This document shows positions 19,082 through 29,280 of a DNA stretch of 64,000 bases, piece after piece. Made by a program: the position numbers and the translations under genes. The stretch lies in the NCBI GenBank assembly GCA_037443365.1, contig JBBIOM010000003.1, positions 6,942 through 70,941 on the forward strand. The letters are read 5' to 3'. Numbering within the stretch: the stretch's first letter is position 1; the number at the start of each line of letters is the position of its first letter. Source of the stretch: Armatimonadota bacterium. GTDB taxonomy: Bacteria > Sysuimicrobiota > Sysuimicrobiia > Sysuimicrobiales > Humicultoraceae. Below the pieces are notes generated by a model. That model had not been told where the DNA came from and made no database searches. It saw only the letters and a program-made list of their open reading frames with translations.

Positions 19082-20004
19082 GGTGGGTGGGGCCGGCGGC
19101 GCTGTGCGTTGCGCTCCTCGTGCCGCTCGTGCCTGCCGGCGGCTACCAGCAGTATGTCGTGCAGGTGGCGACGTTCGTGCTCATCAACGCGGCAGTGGCC
19201 CTGGCATGGGACATACAGGCCCGCACCGGCCAGCTCTCGCTGGCGCCGGCGGCGTTCTTTGGGCTGGGCGCCTACGCGTACACGATGGCCGCGCTCCGCG
19301 GCGTGCCCCTTGCGGTCGCGTTCCTGCTGGGGCCGCTCGTGGCCGGAGTGGTCAGCCTGGGGTTGGGGATCGTCACGCTGCGACTGCAGGGGCTGTACTT
19401 CGCCATCGCGACGCTGGCGTTCGCCGAGGTCGTCAAGGTGATCTTCAAGGAGTTGCCCCTGGACCTCACCGGCGGCGCCGTGGGCCTCACCGCGCCGCCG
19501 CTGCTGGGCGGCCACCAGACCGGGCTCTACTACCTGGGCCTTGGCGTGTTTCTGGTCGTGGTGGTCGCCAGCCTGGCGGTCCGCCACAGCCGGCTCCACT
19601 ACGCCTTCACCGCAATCCGCCAGGGCGAGCTGACCGCTCGGGTCCTCGGGGTGCGCGTGGTGCGCACCAAACTTCTGGCCTTCGTCCTGTCGGCGGCTCT
19701 GATCGGCATGGTGGGCGCGTACGCGACGAGCCGCTTGTTCTTCGTCATCCCGGAGGACACGTTCGGGATCGGGCTGTCGGTGACCGCGCTGGCGACCGCG
19801 ATCTTCGGCGGGGTGTACACGACGGCCGGACCGGTGCTGGGCGCGGTCATCCTGCGCAGCCTCGAGGAGGTGCTGCGGCTCGTGCTCCGTGAAGGTTACC
19901 TGGCCGTCTACGGGGTGATCCTGATGCTGGTCATCCTCTACCTGCCGGGCGGGCTCGTGAGTCTCTGGAATCGGCGGTCGCGCGATGTTGCTGGCGGCGA
20001 CTAG
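19078..20004 (+). CDS. HAAT ABC permease (LivM-like)
   Basis: TGQLSLA, RLQGLYFAIATLAF, LPGGL; ATGA overlap. Confidence 0.92.
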   Translation: MRWVGPAALCVALLVPLVPAGGYQQYVVQVATFVLINAAVALAWDIQARTGQLSLAPAAFFGLGAYAYTMAALRGVPLAVAFLLGPLVAGVVSLGLGIVTLRLQGLYFAIATLAFAEVVKVIFKELPLDLTGGAVGLTAPPLLGGHQTGLYYLGLGVFLVVVVASLAVRHSRLHYAFTAIRQGELTARVLGVRVVRTKLLAFVLSAALIGMVGAYATSRLFFVIPEDTFGIGLSVTALATAIFGGVYTTAGPVLGAVILRSLEEVLRLVLREGYLAVYGVILMLVILYLPGGLVSLWNRRSRDVAGGD

Positions 20005-20708
20005 CCTCTCCAAGCGGTTCGGCGGGGTTGCCGCGGTGCGGCGCCTCGACTTCCACCTCGATCCAGGGGAGATCCTCGCCATCATCGGCCCCAACGGCGC
20101 CGGCAAGACGACCGTGCTGAACCTCCTATCTGGGGTCTTTCCAGCGGACGAGGGCCGCATCGTGCTGGACGGCGTTGACATAACCCACCTTCCGGCCGAG
20201 GACCGCTGCCACCTGGGCCTGGGCCGCGCGTTCCAGGTCGTCCAGCCGTTCCCCGAGATGACGGTCCGCGACAACCTGATGATCGGCGCGCTGTTCGGGA
20301 GCCGTCGGCGCTCGCTCGCCGAGGCGCGCGCCCGAACCGAAGAGGTGCTCGCCCTGACAGGCCTGGCCGATCGTGCTGCGATGCCGGCACGAGACCTCAC
20401 GCTGGCCTGGGAGAAGCGTGTGGAGATGGCCCGCGCGATCGCCACGTCACCCCGCGTGCTGCTGCTCGACGAGGTGATGGCCGGGCTGCTGCCGCAGGAA
20501 GCCGACGAGATGCTGGCCGTGGTCAGATCCGTGCGCGAGACCGGGGTCGCGGTGTTGTTCATCGAGCACGTCATGCGGGTGGTCCGTGACCTGGCCGACC
20601 GCGTGATCGTGATGGACTTCGGCGAGAAGATCGCCGAGGGCAGCTACGCGGACGTAACAGGGCACCCAAGGGTCATCGAGGCGTACCTGGGCATGGAGGA
20701 GGCCGGCG

Positions 20709-20716
<8 letters not shown>
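19985..20716 (+). CDS. HAAT ABC ATPase (LivG-like)
   Basis: GPNGAGKTT, LLLDE, IEH, VIEAYLG. Confidence 0.93.
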
Positions 20717-21416
<700 letters not shown>

Positions 21417-21428
21417 CAGGAGAGTCGT

Positions 21429-22211
21429 ATGGGGAGCCTGGAAGGGCGCGCCGCGGTCACGACCGGCGCGGGCAGCGGCATCGGTTGCGCCGTCGCGCGG
21501 GCGTTGGCGCGCGAGGGCGCCGCCGTGTGCGTGGCCGACATCGACGAGCGCGGCGCTCGGGCCACGGCCGACGCCATCGCCCGGGCAGGCGGTCGCGCGC
21601 AGTTCCTGCGGGCCGATGTCTCGCGGGCCGACGATGCCCGGCAGATGATCGAGAAGGCCGCCGCGACCTTCGGGCGGATTGACATCCTTGTGAACAACGC
21701 CGGGCTACAGCACGTCGCACCGATAGTGGACTACCCGGAAGAACGCTGGAACCTCCTCATCGGGGTTATGCTCACCGGAACCTTCCTGTGCACCAGGTAC
21801 GCCTTGCCACACATGATGAAGCAGCAGTGGGGCCGCGTGGTCAACATCGCCTCGGTGCACGGGCTGGTCGCTTCGCCGTTCAAGTCGGCCTACGTCGCCG
21901 CCAAGCACGGCGTCGTGGGCTTCACCAAGGTGGCAGCCTGGGAGGTTGCCGCGCAGGGAATCACCGTGAACGCCATCTGCCCCGGCTACGTGCGCACGCC
22001 GCTGGTCGAGGGACAGATCCCGGAGCAGGCCCGCGCGTACGGCATCTCCGAATCCGAAGTGGTGCAGCGCATCATGCTGGAGCCGCAGGCGATCAAGCGA
22101 ATGATGGAGCCCGAGGAAGTCGCCGCCATGGTACTCCACCTTTGCTCGGACGCCGCAGGAATGATCACGGGCTCCGCGCTGACCATGGATGGGGGGTGGA
22201 CCGCGCGGTGA
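21429..22211 (+). CDS. bdhA: D-3-hydroxybutyrate dehydrogenase (SDR)
   Basis: NNAGLQHVAP, HGLVASPFKSAYVAAKHG, TPLVEGQI, DGGWTA. Confidence 0.85.
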   Translation: MGSLEGRAAVTTGAGSGIGCAVARALAREGAAVCVADIDERGARATADAIARAGGRAQFLRADVSRADDARQMIEKAAATFGRIDILVNNAGLQHVAPIVDYPEERWNLLIGVMLTGTFLCTRYALPHMMKQQWGRVVNIASVHGLVASPFKSAYVAAKHGVVGFTKVAAWEVAAQGITVNAICPGYVRTPLVEGQIPEQARAYGISESEVVQRIMLEPQAIKRMMEPEEVAAMVLHLCSDAAGMITGSALTMDGGWTAR

Positions 22212-22621
22212 GATTCACACCTGGGCAGAAGGCCGCCATCACCCGGACCATCACCGAGGCCGACATCGAGGCCTATGCCGCGTTGACCGGGGACCGCAAC
22301 CCCGTGCACCTGGATTCGGCCTACGCGGCGCGTACCCGGTTTGGCGGGCGTATCGCCCACGGCATGCTGACCGCCGGGCTTGTCTCGGCGGTTCTCGGCA
22401 TGCACCTCCCCGGTCCAGGCGCCGTCTACCTCAGCCAGACCCTCACCTTCCTCAAGCCGGTTCACATCGGTGATACAATCACGGCGACCGTTGAGGTCAC
22501 GACCTACGACGCCGAACGGCGCCGCCTCCATCTCCGGACGTATTGCGCCAACCAGCGGGGAGAGACGGTGCTGGACGGGGAGGCCGTACTCCTGGCCGAG
22601 GCGACTCAACGCACCCGTTGA
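22208..22621 (+). CDS. MaoC/PhaJ-like (R)-enoyl-CoA hydratase
   Basis: LTGDRNPVHLD...RIAHGML...LPGPG; GTGA overlap. Confidence 0.88.
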   Translation: MRFTPGQKAAITRTITEADIEAYAALTGDRNPVHLDSAYAARTRFGGRIAHGMLTAGLVSAVLGMHLPGPGAVYLSQTLTFLKPVHIGDTITATVEVTTYDAERRRLHLRTYCANQRGETVLDGEAVLLAEATQRTR

Positions 22622-22663
22622 GCCCGGCGTCAAATATCGGAGTCTTCTTCCCGGAGGGTCTGG

Positions 22664-24133
22664 GTGAAACGCATCGCTGTCATTGCCGTTGTTCTGGCCG
22701 TCGTCGCAGGCGGGGCATGGATCTACCGTGGGCGCGCCGCCCTGAATCCGGTTGATGAAGGACCGCGCACCGCGCGGGTGACGCGCGGCAGCCTGACGCA
22801 CAGCGTCTCGGCGACGGGGACGCTTCGGCCCTACTCGCAGGTGGAGGTCCGGTCGCGCGCCACCGGCACCGTGGTCGAGGTGTACGTGCAGGAGGGCGAC
22901 CCGGTAAGCAAGGGCCAGCTGCTGGTGGTCATTGATGACCGTGATGCCCGGGCCGAGTACGAGACGCGGACCGCGCAGCTCGCCTCGGCGCAGGCCCGGC
23001 TCGAGCAGGCGCGCAGCCAGCTTGCCCTGACCCGCGCGCAGACGCAGACCCGCGTAACCGAGGCCGAGGCGTCACTGGGCACCGCGGCCGCGCGCCTGGC
23101 GCAGGTGGAGGCAGGGTCGCGGCCCGAGCAGCTCGATCAGGCGCGGGAAGCCCTGCGGCAGGCCGAGCTCTCGGCGGAGCTGGCGCGAGCGAACCTGGCC
23201 CGGACGCGCGACCTGTTCGCCGACGGTTTGGTCTCGCGCGCGCAGCTCGATCAGGTGCAGACCCAGCACGACGTGGCGCAGGCGCAGCTCCGGTCTGCCC
23301 GAGCGCGGCTCTCCGAGCTGACTTCCGGGAGCCGGCCCGAGGAGATCGCGGTGGCAAGGGCGCAGGTGCGGCAGGCCGAGGCAGCGCTGGCCCAGGCCAA
23401 GGCCGCCCGGCTGCAGGAGGGCGTGCAGGTCGCTGAGGTGGCCTCGGCCGAGGCGCAGGTTCGCAATGTCCGTGCGCAGACGGCGCAGGCGCGCGACCGG
23501 CTGGGTGAGACCCGGATTCCCGCGCCGATCGCCGGGATCGTCGCGCGCCAGCTTGCGCAGGTGGGGCAGAGCGTGATCGGCGGCACCGGCGCGGGCGGAA
23601 CCCTGGTGATGACGATTGCCGACATGCGCGTCGTGCAGGCCGAGGTCGGCGTGGACGAGTCCGACATAGCCCAGATCACGCCGGGTCTGACCGTGCGGGT
23701 TGTCGCCGACGCCCTGCCCGGGCGCACCTTCAACGGCAAGGTGGCGCGCATCGCGCCGCAGTCGGTGGTCGTCCAGAACGTGACCCAGTACGAGGTGATC
23801 GTGGAGATCGAGAACCCCGATCAGGCGCTGCGCCTGGGCATGAGCCTGGACGCCGAGTTCATCATCGCACAGCGCCAGGGCGTGCTCCTGGTGCCCGCCG
23901 AGGCGGTGCGAGGCAAGGATGCGAAAGTAGTGATCCTGGCGGAGGGAGGGAACCTCACCCCGGTTGTGGTCGAGACCGGGGCTACTGATGGCCGCCAGGT
24001 GGAGATAACGCGCGGCGTCGAGCAGGGGCAGACCGTCTACCTGGGACCTGCCCGCCGCCCGACCAGCAATACCACGCCGCGCTCACAGCCGGCCAGCCCG
24101 TTCATGCCGGCCCGGCCGCCGCTGCGGCGCTAG
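22664..24133 (+). CDS. Periplasmic adaptor (MacA/HlyD family)
   Basis: N-terminal TM, lipoyl half-motifs VQEGDPV and IPAPIAG, long coiled coil, VDESDI. Confidence 0.9.
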   Translation: MKRIAVIAVVLAVVAGGAWIYRGRAALNPVDEGPRTARVTRGSLTHSVSATGTLRPYSQVEVRSRATGTVVEVYVQEGDPVSKGQLLVVIDDRDARAEYETRTAQLASAQARLEQARSQLALTRAQTQTRVTEAEASLGTAAARLAQVEAGSRPEQLDQAREALRQAELSAELARANLARTRDLFADGLVSRAQLDQVQTQHDVAQAQLRSARARLSELTSGSRPEEIAVARAQVRQAEAALAQAKAARLQEGVQVAEVASAEAQVRNVRAQTAQARDRLGETRIPAPIAGIVARQLAQVGQSVIGGTGAGGTLVMTIADMRVVQAEVGVDESDIAQITPGLTVRVVADALPGRTFNGKVARIAPQSVVVQNVTQYEVIVEIENPDQALRLGMSLDAEFIIAQRQGVLLVPAEAVRGKDAKVVILAEGGNLTPVVVETGATDGRQVEITRGVEQGQTVYLGPARRPTSNTTPRSQPASPFMPARPPLRR

Positions 24134-24142
24134 CGCCCGCCG

Positions 24143-24823
24143 ATGTCGCTCATTGCCGTACGGAACGTCGAGAAGATCTACCGCATGGACGGGGTGGAGG
24201 TGCACGCGCTGCGCGGGATCTCGCTCACGATCGAGCCCGGCGAGTTCGTCGCCATCATGGGTCCCAGCGGCTCGGGCAAGTCCACCTGCATGAACATCCT
24301 GGGCTGCCTGGACCGGCCCACCAGCGGCACGTATCTGCTGGAGGGCACCGACGTGACCACACTCGGCGACGAGGCACTGGCGCGCCTGCGCAACCGGCGG
24401 CTGGGCTTCGTCTTCCAGTCGTACAACCTGCTGGCGCGCACGCCCGCGATAGAGAACGTCGAGCTGCCGCTCGTGTACGCTGGCGCTCGCGACCGGCAGG
24501 CCCGCGCTCGCGCGGCCCTGGACTCGGTGGGGCTGGGGGAGCGGGCCGGGCACCTGCCCACGCAGCTCTCCGGCGGCGAGCAACAGCGCGTCGCCATCGC
24601 CAGGGCGCTCGTCAACTCCCCCTCGATCATCCTGGCGGACGAGCCCACAGGAAACCTCGACTCATCCACCGCGGGGGAGATCATGGGCGTGCTTGATCGG
24701 CTCTCCCACCAGGGCATCACCATAGTCCTGGTCACGCACGAGGCCGACATCGCGGCGCACGCGCGCCGGCACGTCACCTTCAGGGACGGGCGCGTCACGA
24801 GGGACGTTTTGGTGAGGGCATGA
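24143..24823 (+). CDS. MacB/LolD-family ABC ATPase
   Basis: GPSGSGKST, LSGGEQQRVAIARAL, ADEPTGNLD. Confidence 0.94.
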   Translation: MSLIAVRNVEKIYRMDGVEVHALRGISLTIEPGEFVAIMGPSGSGKSTCMNILGCLDRPTSGTYLLEGTDVTTLGDEALARLRNRRLGFVFQSYNLLARTPAIENVELPLVYAGARDRQARARAALDSVGLGERAGHLPTQLSGGEQQRVAIARALVNSPSIILADEPTGNLDSSTAGEIMGVLDRLSHQGITIVLVTHEADIAAHARRHVTFRDGRVTRDVLVRA

Positions 24824-26031
24824 CGCTCGGGGCAGGCTTTCGGATCGCGCTGCGCGCCATGTCGGCGAACCCCCTGCGCTCGCTGCTGACAGCGCTGGGC
24901 GTGATCATAGGGGTCGGCGCGGTGATCGCCATGGTAGCGATCGGTCAGGGCGCGCGCCGGGCAGTCACCGAGCAGGTGCAGGCGCTGGGCAGCAACCTGC
25001 TGACGGTCTTCGCCGGACAGGTGCAGCTCGCCCGGATAGCGCGGGGCGACCCTGTGCGCACGCTGACCGTCGAGGACGCCGAGGCGATCCGCAAGACGGT
25101 CCCTGGCGTGACCGGCGTCAGCGCCGAGTACTCGCGGCAGGCGCAGGTGGTCTATAGGGCAGAGAACGTGATCACCCAGGTCTCGGGCGTCACCCCGGAG
25201 TTCCAGGAGGTGCGCAACTTCCGGCCTGCCCGGGGCGAGTTCTTCACCGATGCGGACATGCGCGGCCGGGCCAAGGTGGCCGTGGTCGGGAAGACCGTCG
25301 CCGACCGGCTTTTCCCTGATGCGGAACCGATAGGCCAGCGCATCAGGATACGCGGGGTCACCTTCACGGTGATCGGGATCATGGAGGAGAAGGGGGCCAC
25401 CTCGTTCACGGACCGCGACGACGTGGTCTTCGTGCCGCTCGCGACCGCGCAGCGCCGCCTCTTTGGCGTCACGCACGTCCGGACCGTCCACGTGCAGGTG
25501 GCGTCGGCAGAGGAGATGCCCGCCGCGCAGGAGGCGCTGACCGAGCTGCTGCGCACGCGGCACCGGCTGGCCCCGAACCAGGACAACGACTTCACGGTGC
25601 GCAGTCAGGCGGATATCCTCCAGACATTTACGAGCGTTTCCCAGACGATGACCCTGCTGCTGGGCGGGATCGCCGCGGTCTCGCTGATCGTGGGCGGAAT
25701 AGGGATAATGAACATCATGCTCGTCTCGGTAACCGAGCGGACGCGCGAGATCGGTATCCGCATGGCGGTGGGCGCGCGCCGCCGTGACATCCTGATGCAG
25801 TTCCTGGTCGAGTCGGTCGCGCTCAGCGTGGGCGGCGGAATGATCGGCATCGGGGTGGGGATCCTGGGCTCGCGGCTGATAACCCGCTTCGCCGGGTGGT
25901 CCACGCTGCTGTCGCTCCAGGCGGTGCTGCTGGCATTTGGTTTCGCGGTGGCCGTGGGCGTGTTCTTCGGGCTCTACCCGGCGCAGCGCGCGGCCAGGAT
26001 GGATCCGATCGTGGCGCTGCGCCATGAGTAG
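24820..26031 (+). CDS. MacB-family ABC permease
   Basis: RSLLTALGVIIG, GGIGIMNIMLVSVTERTREIG, DPIVALR. Confidence 0.94.
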   Translation: MTLGAGFRIALRAMSANPLRSLLTALGVIIGVGAVIAMVAIGQGARRAVTEQVQALGSNLLTVFAGQVQLARIARGDPVRTLTVEDAEAIRKTVPGVTGVSAEYSRQAQVVYRAENVITQVSGVTPEFQEVRNFRPARGEFFTDADMRGRAKVAVVGKTVADRLFPDAEPIGQRIRIRGVTFTVIGIMEEKGATSFTDRDDVVFVPLATAQRRLFGVTHVRTVHVQVASAEEMPAAQEALTELLRTRHRLAPNQDNDFTVRSQADILQTFTSVSQTMTLLLGGIAAVSLIVGGIGIMNIMLVSVTERTREIGIRMAVGARRRDILMQFLVESVALSVGGGMIGIGVGILGSRLITRFAGWSTLLSLQAVLLAFGFAVAVGVFFGLYPAQRAARMDPIVALRHE

Positions 26032-26061
26032 GCACGCGGCAATGCAGGAGGGCATGCGAAG

Positions 26062-26604
26062 ATGAAGCGATCCTTGACTTGGGTATTGATGGCGGTGGTG
26101 GTGGCGTTGGTGGGTGGGGCAGGCGCCTACTACTATGTCCGCGGCCGTCCGACCGCAGCGCCCCAGCGCCCGCGCGATCCCGGGTTCATGGTGGTGCTCT
26201 CGATCCGGACCCTGGAGCGCGAGCCCACAACCCGGCTCTCGCGGGAACAGATCGCCAGGATCCTTCCGTTGATGAAGGCGTTGAAGGACGTGCCGCTCTC
26301 GGACGTGGAGGCCTCCGCAGCGATCGCGCGCGCCGTCAGGGAGGTCTTCACGCCCGAGCAGCGCGCGGCCCTGGAAGAGGCCGCCCGGCGCCTCCGGGAG
26401 CGGGCGGCGGGAGCGCCGGGTGCGCGGGGAGGCGGCTTTGCGCCCCCTGGGGCGGGCGGGGTGCCCGGGGGCCTGGGAGGGGCACCGGGTGGTCCGGGAG
26501 GCGCGCCGGGTGGAGTGGGGCTCACCGATGAGGAGCGCGAGCAGCGCCGCGCACAGATGTTCGAAAGGATGATTCGATACCTGGAACGACGAATGAAGTC
26601 ATAG
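26062..26604 (+). CDS. Membrane-anchored helical hypothetical protein with Gly/Pro-rich linker
   Basis: N-terminal TM; LSREQ and FTPEQ motifs; AGGAGG SD. Confidence 0.75.
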   Translation: MKRSLTWVLMAVVVALVGGAGAYYYVRGRPTAAPQRPRDPGFMVVLSIRTLEREPTTRLSREQIARILPLMKALKDVPLSDVEASAAIARAVREVFTPEQRAALEEAARRLRERAAGAPGARGGGFAPPGAGGVPGGLGGAPGGPGGAPGGVGLTDEEREQRRAQMFERMIRYLERRMKS

Positions 26605-26632
26605 GTTCCCGGTAGTCCTCCAGGAGGGTTCG

Positions 26633-27910
26633 ATGCGCTACACGGCGCTGGCAATCGCGATTGTACTGTTCGGCCTATCAGGCTCCCCCGCGGCCGCCCA
26701 GGCACCCCAGGTCCGCCCGGCTTCCCTGGCCGAGTTGATCGCGGCGGCCGATCAGCGGAACCCATCAATAGCCGCGGCGCGCCAGGCGGTCGCCGCAGCC
26801 GAGGCCAGGGTTGCGCTGGCGCGCTCAGGCCGGGGCCCGACCGTCACCGCATCGGGCACCGCTGCGACCGCGGGCGGGGGAACCGCCACTACGACTCCTT
26901 CCTTCTCCAGCTCGACCGCGATCTCGGCCTCATACCTGCTATACGACAGCGGCCAGATCGGGCATGCCGTGCGGCAGGCCGAGGCCAGCCTCAAGGCCGC
27001 CCGGTTGGCGCTCGAGGCCATGCGCCAGGACGTGGCCAACGGCGTGGCCCAGGCCTACGTGAACGTGCTGCGCGCCGAGCGCACGCTGGCCCTGCGCGAG
27101 CAGGTGGTGGCGCAGAACCGCGAGTCGTTGCGCCTCGCCGAGGGGCAGTTCCGCGCCGGGGTAGTGCCCCGGTCGGACGTGGTGCGCGCGCAGGCCGGGC
27201 TGGCGGCTGCGGAAGGCGACCTGCTCGCGGCGCGCAACGCGTTTGATCAGACCGTGGCCGCGCTCAACGTCGCCACCGGTCAGGCGCCGTTCGCGCCGAT
27301 GGCGGTTGCGCCTGCGCCGGCTGTCCCGCGCCTGACTGTCACCCCGGCGGGTCTGCCCGCGCTCGTGGAGGAGCGCCCAGAGGCGCGCCGTGTGCTGGCC
27401 GAGATCGAGGCCGCCGAGGCCGCCCTGGCCCTTGCCCAGGCCGGGGGCGGCCTGCGGATGACCCTCGACGGGCGCGTGGCGCATGCCTTCGCGCCCACGA
27501 CGCAGACGATCTACTCGCTGGGCACCACGATCAGCTTCCCGCTCTCGGATGCGGGGCGCGTGGCCGCCCAGGTCGCGGAGGCCACGGCCAATCTGGCGTC
27601 GGCGCGCGAGCGCATACAGTCCGTCCGGCTGGCGCTGCAACAGCAGGCCCTTGTCGCGTACCTGGCGATACTCGACGCCCGGGCGCGCATCGCCAGCGCC
27701 CGTGCAGGACTCGAGTTCGCGCAGGAGTCGCTGCGCCTGGCGAAGGGGCGATACGCCGCCGGAGCCGGGCCCTTCCTCGAGGTCGTGGACGCGCAGACCG
27801 CGCTGGTGGCGGCCGAGGTGACGCTGGCCCGGGCCGAGTTCGACGAGCTGGCCGCGGTGCTGTCGCTGCGCTACGCGCTCGGTCGATCGGTGGCAGACGG
27901 AGCGATCTAG
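26633..27910 (+). CDS. TolC-family outer-membrane efflux protein
   Basis: Signal peptide, two OEP repeats (NPSI..., QFRAG / RYAAG...LEVVDAQ). Confidence 0.88.
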   Translation: MRYTALAIAIVLFGLSGSPAAAQAPQVRPASLAELIAAADQRNPSIAAARQAVAAAEARVALARSGRGPTVTASGTAATAGGGTATTTPSFSSSTAISASYLLYDSGQIGHAVRQAEASLKAARLALEAMRQDVANGVAQAYVNVLRAERTLALREQVVAQNRESLRLAEGQFRAGVVPRSDVVRAQAGLAAAEGDLLAARNAFDQTVAALNVATGQAPFAPMAVAPAPAVPRLTVTPAGLPALVEERPEARRVLAEIEAAEAALALAQAGGGLRMTLDGRVAHAFAPTTQTIYSLGTTISFPLSDAGRVAAQVAEATANLASARERIQSVRLALQQQALVAYLAILDARARIASARAGLEFAQESLRLAKGRYAAGAGPFLEVVDAQTALVAAEVTLARAEFDELAAVLSLRYALGRSVADGAI

Positions 27911-27913
27911 GAC

Positions 27914-29248
27914 ATGCGCCTGCGCGCCCGATTCCTGCCGCTTCTCCTGGCCCTGATCCTTGCGATCGGGGCACCGGCCTCTCCTGCTCTTGCGCAGCCC
28001 CCTGATGTGGGCGTTGCGCTGTTCCTCGAGGGCTACCGCACCATAAGGGACGAGAGCCTGTACGCGCCTTCCCCGCAGACCCTGCTGCTGGGCGCTGAGG
28101 CCGGCCTTCGCGGGCTCCTGCGGGGGGAAGGTCAGAACCCCGACGCGCTTCCTTCCCTGATACTTGTCGGGGACGAGCGGAGCGATCTCGAACAGACGCT
28201 GCACCGCCTTGCGCAGGTTCAGATGCTCGCGCGCGCCCGGCCGATCGCCGTGGTCTACGCGGCGATCGCCGGGATGGTGGCCGCGCTGCGCGATCAGAAC
28301 AGCGCCTTCTTCTCGCCGGACGCCCTGATTCAACTCAACAACCGGATCCGTGGGGACGAGTTCGTCGGCGTCGGCATCGTTATCGAGGACCGGGCCGGAG
28401 CGACGGTCATCACCGAGGTGCTGGAGGGATCGCCCGCTATCGAGGCCGGGCTTCGCGCCGGCGACGTCATCCTCGCCGTGGACGGCGCGCCCACCGGGGG
28501 GCTGTCGCTCGAGCGGGTCAGCCAGATGATCCGGGGAGCAGAGGGATCGGAAGTCGCCCTGACGATACAGCGCCCTGGGGTTCCGGCCCCGCTCCAGGTG
28601 ACCATGGTGCGGCGGCGCATCGTGCAGCGCGTGGTCGCAACCCGCATGCTGGCCTCGGGGGTCGGGTACGTGCGGATCACGCAGTTCACCCAGGCGTCGC
28701 CCGAGATGTTCGCATCCGGGCTGCGCGACCTCCTGGATCAGGGGGCAAAGGGCCTGGTGCTCGATCTGCGCGGCAATCCAGGCGGCTTGCTGGACGCGTC
28801 GGTCAGCATCGCCAGCCACTTCCTGGAGCGCGGCGTCGTGGTGACACTGGAATCTGGCCAAGGCGGAGTGACATCCTATCTGGTGCGCCCGCGCGCCCCG
28901 CGATACACCGGACCGCTCGTGGTGCTGATAGACGGCGGGAGCGCCAGCGCCTCGGAGGTCGTGGCCGGGGCGCTGCAGGACGCCGGAGTGAAGCTCGTGG
29001 GTGCCCGTACGTACGGCAAGGCCACGGTGCAGGCGGTCTTCCGACTGCGTGACGGCAGCGGGCTTCGGCTCACCGTCTCGAGGTATCTCACGCCGCTCGG
29101 GCGCGACATCGAGGGTCGAGGACTCGCGCCGGACGTGGAGGTCGCCACCGTGGGATCTTTGATCGGGAGCCCGAACGACGCGGCGTTGAACCGCGCCGTG
29201 GCGATGCTCCAGCAGTCGGCGGCGCGGGTAGGCGTCGCGTCGCACTAG
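27914..29248 (+). CDS. C-terminal processing protease (S41, CtpA-like) with PDZ domain
   Basis: GVGI PDZ, LDLRGNPGG, SASASE, TYGKA. Confidence 0.93.
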   Translation: MRLRARFLPLLLALILAIGAPASPALAQPPDVGVALFLEGYRTIRDESLYAPSPQTLLLGAEAGLRGLLRGEGQNPDALPSLILVGDERSDLEQTLHRLAQVQMLARARPIAVVYAAIAGMVAALRDQNSAFFSPDALIQLNNRIRGDEFVGVGIVIEDRAGATVITEVLEGSPAIEAGLRAGDVILAVDGAPTGGLSLERVSQMIRGAEGSEVALTIQRPGVPAPLQVTMVRRRIVQRVVATRMLASGVGYVRITQFTQASPEMFASGLRDLLDQGAKGLVLDLRGNPGGLLDASVSIASHFLERGVVVTLESGQGGVTSYLVRPRAPRYTGPLVVLIDGGSASASEVVAGALQDAGVKLVGARTYGKATVQAVFRLRDGSGLRLTVSRYLTPLGRDIEGRGLAPDVEVATVGSLIGSPNDAALNRAVAMLQQSAARVGVASH

Positions 29249-29280
29249 GCCTGATTCCCCCAAGTTCCGCAGGAGGCACC

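Noticed and set aside
26400-26520. Gly/Pro-rich repetitive DNA as a repeat element
   Set aside because: Low-complexity coding linker without a regular nucleotide unit.
26939-29263. Long antisense ORFs (774 aa here; also 18991-20574, 24178-26055, 29245-30777, 33746-35695, 51015-52451 and others)
   Set aside because: Shadow frames of well-supported genes in high-GC DNA; no recognisable motifs.
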